NCBI GenBank assembly: GCA_031411295.1
Contig: JANOAV010000053.1
Coordinates: 1 to 60,582, forward strand
Length of the DNA: 60,582 bases
From: Verrucomicrobiales bacterium
Lineage (GTDB): Bacteria; Verrucomicrobiota; Verrucomicrobiia; Verrucomicrobiales; V1-33
Direction of reading: 5' to 3'
Notes under the pieces: generated by a model
What the model saw: only the letters and a program-made list of their open reading frames with translations
Databases searched by the model: none
What the model was told of the DNA's origin: nothing
Translations under genes and position numbers: made by a program
Shown here: positions 1 through 6,558 of the stretch, piece after piece
Numbering within the stretch: the stretch's first letter is position 1
How the letters are laid out: every line of letters starts with the position of its first letter

Positions 1-442
1 TTTTGATCTTGCCCCCACAGGGGCTAAATGGTAAGACGAGCGTGTCGCGATAGACGCGCCAGCGCTGGTTTTGATCTTGCCCCCACAGGGGCTAAATGGT
101 AAGGGATCGGAAGAAACCATCGGCAGCTTCCACAGGTTTTGATCTTGCCCCCACAGGGGCTAAATGGTAAGAGAAGAATGGTGAGAGGAAAAAATGCCCA
201 TCCGTTTTGATCTTGCCCCCACAGGGGCTAAATGGTAAGTCTTTAGAGGTAACCCCCTTATCTCTCGCTTGTTTTGATCTTGCCCCCACAGGGGCTAAAT
301 GGTAAGGTTAGCGATGCGCTCAAGGTAGGACTGGGCGTGTTTTGATCTTGCCCCCACAGGGGCTAAATGGTAAGTTGACCGCGGAAGGAGCCACCGAAGA
401 AGGAGTGTTTTGATCTTGCCCCCACAGGGGCTAAATGGTAAG
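1..442 (+). CRISPR. CRISPR array: 7 repeats (GTTTTGATCTTGCCCCCACAGGGGCTAAATGGTAAG, 36 bp) and 6 spacers of 31-32 bp; truncated by the window start
   Basis: Identical repeats at 1-35 (missing the first G), 68-103, 136-171, 204-239, 271-306, 339-374 and 407-442, separated by unique spacers and adjacent to cas2. The + orientation is inferred from the 5' GTTTT and from the anti-repeat on a + strand RNA at 5283-5292. Confidence 0.99.
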
Positions 443-448
443 TGCCGG

Positions 449-481
449 CCCGGAAGTAGTTGGAAATCAACTACTTCCGGG
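449..481. terminator. Perfect 14-bp hairpin between the array and the cas2 stop codon (probable terminator or leader element)
   Basis: CCCGGAAGTAGTTG-gaaat-CAACTACTTCCGGG, directly abutting the cas2 stop codon (482-484). No U-tract on either side. Confidence 0.6.
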
Positions 482-778
482 TTACCAGAAAACAATGAAC
501 TGCGGGAAGGGACGGGGTCCAGACGGGGTGAGCGGGATACCGCTCAGGATAATCTGGGCTTCCCAGGTGTTCTTTTCCATAGGGAGGAGGCGGATATCTC
601 CGGGAATATCCTTGGCCACGCGCTGCATGTAACGAATGACGCGTTCACATTCGTGCGGTTCTCCTTCAAAGAGATAGAGGGAATACTGGACCCGGTGCCC
701 GCCCACCCGCTCAAACTCCGTGCGGAGGAAGGTTTGGTGCTTGGCCTCCGGGGTATCATACGCAAGCATCACGAGCAT
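482..778 (-). CDS. cas2: CRISPR-associated endoribonuclease Cas2
   Basis: MLVMLAYDTP...RVQYSLY motifs, about 98 aa, between cas1 and the array. Start placed at the internal Met (778) of ORF 482..829. Confidence 0.93.
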   Translation of the reverse strand: MLVMLAYDTPEAKHQTFLRTEFERVGGHRVQYSLYLFEGEPHECERVIRYMQRVAKDIPGDIRLLPMEKNTWEAQIILSGIPLTPSGPRPFPQFIVFW

Positions 779-1658
779 GGAGCTGGAAGGGTTGGTATTT
801 CTGAGCGGGGGTCTCGATGGCACGGGCAAAGGATTCCGTGGTCAGGCGGATGATGCTGCGCAACCGGAACTGTCGGCTGCGATACATCCATTTCTCCTCC
901 AGCATTTCCGCAAAGCGGGCGGCCATGAATTTCTTCTCGTGGATACGGTCCAAGTTCCGCATGATGGTGAGTTCCACACAGCAGCGGAAGGGTTCTACCA
1001 GATCACAGGCCAGGCTGGGACGGTTCTTGCGGACGCGGTGGATCAGGCCGATGGAGGGTTCCAGTCCACTGGCGAGGCATTGCCACTCGATGGCATGGTA
1101 GAGGAAGCCGTAACCGTAGTTCAGGGCGACGTTGAGTGGGTGGGTGGCTTGCTTCTTCTCCCGCACAAACAAGTCCTGGGAGGCGAGGGCAAAGTATTTG
1201 GCCCAGAAGATGCGGGCATATTTGGCCTCCAGCCGAAGGATGCGGGCAAAGGAATTATCCTTAAAGCGGGGGAGAGGAGACAGGGTGGGCTCGAAGATAC
1301 GCAGCAGGAGGTGCTGGTTCTCCAGCTTGGCATAGAGGAGGTCTGAGGCAATCTGGGTGGCCCGACGTTCTGGGAGCTTGCAAAGGGACTCTAGCACGGA
1401 GGGATTCACATAACGGCAACGGGGCAGGAAGGAGACGGTAGCCCACTTCCCGCTGCGTTTGTCCCACCGGGAAAGAATGACGGGGCATTGACTGGCCAGC
1501 GCCTCCAGGACGCTCTGGCTCCAACTGACTTGCGCGTTGAAGCACTGGACGCTGGCCAGCGTCTCCAAGGCGATTTTATTCGAACCCGAGACTACCTTGC
1601 CCTGGTGGAGATGAATCTCTCTTTGCTCGTCTTGGAGGAGGATTAGGTGATGTATCAT
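756..1658 (-). CDS. cas1: CRISPR-associated endonuclease Cas1
   Basis: LEAKYARIFW (catalytic E), N.ALNYGY, GLIH (H) and LACDLVEPFR (D/E) motifs; 300 aa. Confidence 0.95.
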   Translation of the reverse strand: MIHHLILLQDEQREIHLHQGKVVSGSNKIALETLASVQCFNAQVSWSQSVLEALASQCPVILSRWDKRSGKWATVSFLPRCRYVNPSVLESLCKLPERRATQIASDLLYAKLENQHLLLRIFEPTLSPLPRFKDNSFARILRLEAKYARIFWAKYFALASQDLFVREKKQATHPLNVALNYGYGFLYHAIEWQCLASGLEPSIGLIHRVRKNRPSLACDLVEPFRCCVELTIMRNLDRIHEKKFMAARFAEMLEEKWMYRSRQFRLRSIIRLTTESFARAIETPAQKYQPFQLHARDACV

Positions 1659-4600
1659 GGCCGGGCGGTGGTGGTGGAATTTTGAGGTTCCGCTGTGAAG
1701 CTAATTCTATGGCGGGTGGCAGGCCAATGATCATGGCGAGTTTTGCTGCGTCCGCTGGCTGCTGCTTTAACCAGTCCTTTTTGATGGAGGCTAAACGCGT
1801 GCCTTCCTTGCTCTCAAAGAGCAGGCTCTTCATTTCAACTTGAGTATTGCCATTGATGGCACTCACACGGTAGAAGAGCGGCCACGGCTTAGCTGTGGCC
1901 CATGAAACTATTTCTCCTTCATGATCCAAGTAAACCTCTAGAACATCACCAGTCTGCAAGCTTCCCACCTTCAAGGAACAAGGATGCAGTTTCTTCCCAC
2001 TGATGAGTTCAAAAGCAGTCTTGCTGCCGCACTCTGTTTCTTGCATCCAGTCTGGCGCGGGTTGCTTATGGGTGGGGCCCCAACTGATGCCCATGCGTTT
2101 CATGCCTTTGATGCAACGGGCATCTGGCACGAGGCGTTTTTGGTATTCCCAGACGTGCTTTTTCTGATTATAGCCTAACCAGAGTTCGAGGCGGTCGAAC
2201 TTGGTATCGAGGTTACGAAGGAAGGCGAGTCGCTGTTCGGCGTTGGGTTCCCCAGACCAGCCGACGGCACTAAGGGTGCCCTTACCATCGAACTTCCAGA
2301 TGCTCTTAAGTGGAGTGCCGTCCTTCAGCAGGAGCACGGGCTTCTGCTGTTGGATGCCGTCGTGCTCTTTCTTGTCTAGTCCGGTGCAGGCGGCTACCCA
2401 GGCGTCGATGGTCTTACGGTCCGGGAGGTTTCGTTCCCACTGGGCCTGTCCTTCCGGGCTGCGGGCTTTCATTTGGTGGAGGCGGGCCAGGAGGTCTGCC
2501 CCGTCCTTGATCTTCTTTTCCCCGAGTTCCAATGGGGTGCGCTGGGCCAGGGTGCGTTCGGTCCGGTTAATCTGCCGCCAAAAGGTGGAGTCACCCAAGC
2601 TCTGGTAGCGTTTATTAGGTGATAAGACAACAACCGGGCACCTGGCATATACCTGATCCGCCGGGAGCCAGTGGTTCAAGGCGGTGGGTGGCAAGAGTTC
2701 TGGCAGGACGTGGGTGGAGACCACGGTGGTGGCTGGTTTCTCGTCTGTCTGGGGAAAGGATTTCTCTGTGGTGTAGAAGATGCCACCACACCGGGCGGAG
2801 TTCATGCCCGTGCCCGGTGGCAAGTGCGCCAACACGGCGGCATCCAGCAGGTGGTGGATGAAGTGGTTCCGGTCTTTCACATAATCCAAGTTCCCCAAGG
2901 CGGCACGCAACCAAGTGCGCCTGGCCTGGGCAGTGTGCCAGCCGGTGGGAGTGGCGACGCGCTGGCGCGCCAGATCCTGATCTGCATAAACGCCCATCCA
3001 ATGCTGGACGCCTGCTACAAGCTGCCGTCCCAACTGGCCCATGCGGGTGGTGTTCTCAAAGTCCGGGATGCCCTGCTGGTTCTGGGCATCGATACCCCAG
3101 GCGAAGATTTCCCGTTTCTTGGCTCCCCAATCCATACTGGAAGTGAAGCGTTCCATGGCCTTGAAATCCCGTCCAGTGGCCTGCGCCCATTGCAGCGGGG
3201 TGCGCTGGCCTTTGTCCTGATTAGTGGTGCGGCGGGTGAGGACGAGGTTATTTTCGATGGAGAGCCCGCCAAGGCTTTCGGGGAAGAGGTGTTCCAATTC
3301 CAGTTCCGAGCTCATGGGGTCCGGTAGTTCCTCATTGGTGAAGGGGCAATGTCCGCGCTGTTCCTTGTGAAGCTGGATGCGGCGGCGGGCGCTGTTGGCT
3401 CCTTTGCCGGTGATGTTGCTGTCTTTTCGTTCATCGTCTCGCTTATCGCGGCGGGCAGTCATTTCTTTTACCATTTCATCTCTCTGTTTTGAGTTCCGGG
3501 GCATGTGTCCCATGACTTCCACAATGCAGTAGTCTGGATAGCTCTGGCCAAGATCAGCGGCATGTTGGGCAAAGAGCTTGCCGAGGTAGCCACCTGCCTT
3601 GCGGGTGGGCTGGGGAAGTGCGGAATCTTTCAGCAACGCCTTGAGGGGGCCGAGAAGCTTTTCGACTTGGGGGAAGACGCCCAGATCGAAGTTGGGGCGG
3701 CGTTTCCAAAGATAGTAGCCACTGGCCTTCAAGGAGGTAGAAAACTCGGTGGGTTCCCAATGGGCCGGGAGTTCTTCCCGCTCCAGTCCCGTGAGTTTTA
3801 GCAGGGCCATAGCAGAGGCTTCTGACAATGAGGCCGTGCCACTAAGATTGGCATGGGTGGGCCGCAGGAGATCGTTCAACTGCTTGCGGAACGCTTCGTT
3901 GGTCTGGTCCTTGGTGCCGGGAACGATGCTGGCTTTATTGGCTGCATATTTTTCCTGCATGGTGGTCTCCAACAGTGCAAAGACGGCTTTGCTGGAGGTG
4001 CTGGGAACAGTCTTGCCTGCATTGACGTAGGTCAACTGGTCCTGATAGGCCAACTTCAAGGCCAGAGCGATAACGGCCTTGGGCACGGGAACTTTGTATT
4101 GCCCTGTGGCTGTAGGTTCCTCTGTGGTGTCTTTGCGGACTTTCTTGAGTGGCGCCACGTTGATGGTGATGCGGCGGGTGGCCAGAAACTCAACCAGGTT
4201 CCATTTCCGGATGGGCCAGACATTGGACAAGCCACACTTGCGAGGCCCATCCAACACCGTAAGGCCCAGATCCACAAAGTAGGGGCAGTCCTTCCGCTTA
4301 CGATCCCAGAGGGCTTTCATTTCCTGTGGAGTCTTCCGATTGTAGTAGAAGATGGCACGGGTATTGGCAGCCTTGGCCTCGGCTGCGGGAGCGTTGGGAT
4401 CTGGCTTGAGAAAGAGTATCTCCAAAAAGGAATCCACGTCGGGGATCATGGCGCGATGTTTGTCGATGATCTTGCGCAGGTGTGCGGCCACGGCCGCCCG
4501 AGGGAAATTATATCCCGTGGCGGGAGCGCGGAGGTTATTGTGCTTATCACTGCGACGATGGGCTTCCAGCACGGCTTCAATATCCTGCTTGCTGCTTCGT

Positions 4601-5235
4601 TCCAAGGCTGCCTCCAATGCGGCAAGGTAGCTGGCTTCTCCCTTATCTGAGTCCTTGCCCTTCCACTCAAGTTCACTGGCATACTCCCGCAGGCTAATCT
4701 CCATGTTCGGCTCAATATAGGTGGTGTGGAGCCAATGAATGGCGTCCTTCCCATGTGAAGAATCACCCCAGGGGTAAGCCCCGGATGCTCGTTGCTGCAA
4801 GATATCGTAATCATACCCCCGACGGTCCACGCAACTGCGAATACAAATGGCAAGTGCCTGAAGGCTAGCGACGCCCTTGGTTACCGCGCGATGCCGCAGG
4901 ATGAAGGGATCGTTCTTGCTCATTTCATGACTATCCGCCCATGGCAGCCGATGCTGAGCAAACAATGCCCTCAATCTCAAGCGACGTTGACGCAGGTTCT
5001 TTCGCGCATGACGAGAACCACGGTAGAGTCTGCGCTGCTCCAGGGGCTTGGCCTCGGGCAAGGTAACCCGCAGGGATGCTGCGGCTATCTCCACCGGGCC
5101 TTTGCGTAAATAAACTCCGATGCCACGGAGGCCAATGTCCAATCCTAGGACAATCTTCTCCCGGTAAAAGGGATCTTGTTTCCAGAGCTTCGTTTTCGAT
5201 TCGATTTCGGATGGAGTAAGAAATAGTGTGGACAT
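1576..5235 (-). CDS. cas9: Type II CRISPR effector Cas9 (II-C-like, divergent), about 1219 aa
   Basis: RuvC-I VLGLDIGLRGIG, Arg-rich bridge helix RRLYRGSRHARKNLRQRR, RuvC-II IVEV, HNH (CPFT...ELEHLFP...NLVL...NQDKGQRTP) and RuvC-III HHLLDA. No csn2 or cas4. Start placed at ATG 5235 just downstream of a promoter-like element. Confidence 0.95.
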   Translation of the reverse strand: MSTLFLTPSEIESKTKLWKQDPFYREKIVLGLDIGLRGIGVYLRKGPVEIAAASLRVTLPEAKPLEQRRLYRGSRHARKNLRQRRLRLRALFAQHRLPWADSHEMSKNDPFILRHRAVTKGVASLQALAICIRSCVDRRGYDYDILQQRASGAYPWGDSSHGKDAIHWLHTTYIEPNMEISLREYASELEWKGKDSDKGEASYLAALEAALERSSKQDIEAVLEAHRRSDKHNNLRAPATGYNFPRAAVAAHLRKIIDKHRAMIPDVDSFLEILFLKPDPNAPAAEAKAANTRAIFYYNRKTPQEMKALWDRKRKDCPYFVDLGLTVLDGPRKCGLSNVWPIRKWNLVEFLATRRITINVAPLKKVRKDTTEEPTATGQYKVPVPKAVIALALKLAYQDQLTYVNAGKTVPSTSSKAVFALLETTMQEKYAANKASIVPGTKDQTNEAFRKQLNDLLRPTHANLSGTASLSEASAMALLKLTGLEREELPAHWEPTEFSTSLKASGYYLWKRRPNFDLGVFPQVEKLLGPLKALLKDSALPQPTRKAGGYLGKLFAQHAADLGQSYPDYCIVEVMGHMPRNSKQRDEMVKEMTARRDKRDDERKDSNITGKGANSARRRIQLHKEQRGHCPFTNEELPDPMSSELELEHLFPESLGGLSIENNLVLTRRTTNQDKGQRTPLQWAQATGRDFKAMERFTSSMDWGAKKREIFAWGIDAQNQQGIPDFENTTRMGQLGRQLVAGVQHWMGVYADQDLARQRVATPTGWHTAQARRTWLRAALGNLDYVKDRNHFIHHLLDAAVLAHLPPGTGMNSARCGGIFYTTEKSFPQTDEKPATTVVSTHVLPELLPPTALNHWLPADQVYARCPVVVLSPNKRYQSLGDSTFWRQINRTERTLAQRTPLELGEKKIKDGADLLARLHQMKARSPEGQAQWERNLPDRKTIDAWVAACTGLDKKEHDGIQQQKPVLLLKDGTPLKSIWKFDGKGTLSAVGWSGEPNAEQRLAFLRNLDTKFDRLELWLGYNQKKHVWEYQKRLVPDARCIKGMKRMGISWGPTHKQPAPDWMQETECGSKTAFELISGKKLHPCSLKVGSLQTGDVLEVYLDHEGEIVSWATAKPWPLFYRVSAINGNTQVEMKSLLFESKEGTRLASIKKDWLKQQPADAAKLAMIIGLPPAIELASQRNLKIPPPPPGHDTSPNPPPRRAKRDSSPPGQGSLGFE

Positions 5236-5244
5236 AAGGAATCT

Positions 5245-5276
5245 ATTATTGACAACGTTAGCCAGTAATGCAAACT
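5245..5276. promoter_or_regulatory. Overlapping divergent sigma70-like promoters for cas9 (minus) and the tracrRNA candidate (plus)
   Basis: Plus strand: TTGACA (5249-5254), 16 nt, CAAACT (5271-5276). Minus strand: TTGCAT (5273-5268), 17 nt, AATAAT (5250-5245). Confidence 0.55.
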
Positions 5277-5280
5277 GGAT

Positions 5281-5393
5281 GTGGATCAAAACCACGCCCC
5301 AGTAATCCCGTTTGTAAGAGCGGAGAGGCTCACGCCGAGGGTGACTTCATTCCGGGCGGCCCTGTAGGAAACTATAGGGACGCCCTTTTTTTT
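5281..5393 (+). ncRNA. Candidate tracrRNA with a very short anti-repeat
   Basis: GGATCAAAAC (5283-5292) pairs with the repeat 5' end GTTTTGATCT (9 Watson-Crick pairs plus 1 G-U). It is followed by hairpins at 5308-5323 (GTAA loop), 5325-5348 and 5354-5385 (GAAA loop), then T8. The 5' end is inferred from the promoter. Confidence 0.75.
5354..5393 (+). terminator. Rho-independent terminator of the tracrRNA candidate
   Basis: GGGCGGCCCTGTAG-GAAA-CTATAGGGACGCCC followed by TTTTTTTT. Confidence 0.9.
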
Positions 5394-5568
5394 ATCCACA
5401 GAACCAATTGCAAGATGATTAAGAGGGAATGGCTCAACTGAGCCTAAGAGCATCTCTAAAAACATGAAATCGGGTGGGGCTACCATTGAGCGGGCTGAGG
5501 TGTGCTAAGCGAGTGTGTCCCTACCCATGAGGACAAACGAGGGTGGGCTGGAGGTCAATCGCGGGGCG

Positions 5569-5701
5569 GTGGGGTTGGCGTTTGTTTGCTGGAAGTGAGA
5601 GTGTGTTCCTGCTTGGCCATGGCTCCCGGCTGGGGACAGCCGGGACACTTTCTGGGGAACGTGTGCCGACTGTCCTCAGGCGGCAGCGCCCCGCAGCCAA
5701 C
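5569..5701 (+). repeat. Dispersed ~132-bp REP/REPIN-like element, copy 1
   Basis: Closely similar to 14172-14303. Contains two palindromes inverted relative to each other (TCCCGGCTG.GGACAGCCGGGA and TGCCGACTGTCCTCAG.CGGCA). Confidence 0.85.
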
Positions 5702-5782
5702 CCTGACGAACTACGATTTACGAAGTTGCGGGCACGGTGGCCAGGTATTGCCACACGTGCCACCCTGCTCGCCCCAGTCGCA

Positions 5783-5875
5783 CCCTGACTCGGAAACGTC
5801 ATCCTCCAACTCGGAAACGTCATTCCCCGACTCGGAAAAGTCATCCCCCGAGTCAGGAACATCACAGTCCGAGTC
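5783..5875. repeat. 21-bp tandem repeat, about 4.5 degenerate units
   Basis: CCCTGACTCGGAAACGTCATC / CTCCAACTCGGAAACGTCATT / CCCCGACTCGGAAAAGTCATC / CCCCGAGTCAGGAACATCACA / GTCCGAGTC. Confidence 0.85.
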
Positions 5876-5981
5876 GTGCCAATGGGAGTCCTGGAACCAT
5901 AACCCGTTGATCCTGCGGTAGAGCCAACGATTTCCCCGGTTCTCCCCCACGGTTCTACAGTCGGAAACCCCGCCGCTCCCC

Positions 5982-6045
5982 GCAGTCCAGCGGACTGCCA
6001 CCACACTCCCGCCGCGAGAGTGGCAGCAGTCGGCCCGACTGCTCA
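5982..6045. repeat. REP-like palindrome doublet (GCAGTCC.GC.GGACTGC family)
   Basis: GCAGTCCAGCGGACTGC...CACTC and GAGTG...GCAGTCGGCCCGACTGC. The same family occurs at about 9598-9623 and 35786-35859. Confidence 0.65.
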
Positions 6046-6558
6046 CCCGCACCCTACCCCCGCCGCTAAACCTGAAAACGGCGATTTAAAAAAGGCTGTT
6101 CGTGTGGGCGGGCTTACGCAGCGGTGAGTTACGATGCAAACCACTCCTGCCGACTCCAAACAGAACAGTGCCTATCCTTTCACACCTCCCTGCCGGGCTG
6201 GGTAAGTAGAAATTCAGACCACCTCCAAGCCCGTCACTCGAGAAGGCTCTGGAGAGCAAAAGAGCCACTGCGGCGCTATTGCCCTATCCGAATTTGACCA
6301 TCCATCCATTGATCCGGGGAGCCCCCTGGAATCAGCCCCTGATAGAGTCCGGCGGCTGCGAAATCTGACCCCTGAGCGCAAAAAAAGAGGGGTGGCCGCA
6401 GTTCCAGAGCAGCCCACTCAGGGTCCCGCCGAGCCGCCCTGCGACCCGGTCAAACGCGCTCACTCCATCCCAAACGCGGTTTTCGGGTTTAATAGAGTCC
6501 AAATGTAAATGAACCAATGCGGTTCGTCGTAATTGTGACGCTTTTTAGGCGTCTTCGG

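Noticed and set aside
36..406. Self-targeting by spacers
   Set aside because: I noticed no match within the window by eye; the rest of the genome was not available.
92..853. Short ORFs across the CRISPR array and antisense to cas2
   Set aside because: They are translations of repeats and spacers, or shadow frames.
5255..5292. Longer anti-repeat using TTAGCC and GCAA upstream of GATCAAAAC
   Set aside because: It needs large bulges and lies within the predicted promoter, so it is probably not transcribed. It cannot be fully excluded without RNA end mapping.
5236..5295. 20-aa N-terminal extension of Cas9 in the ORF track
   Set aside because: It overlaps the promoter elements and the anti-repeat; ATG 5235 is the more plausible start.
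5783..5875. Second CRISPR mini-array
   Set aside because: The units are contiguous and degenerate, with no unique spacers and no similarity to the CRISPR repeat.
5502..6517. ORFs of 60-160 aa in the intergenic region
   Set aside because: They run through repeat elements and show no recognisable motifs.
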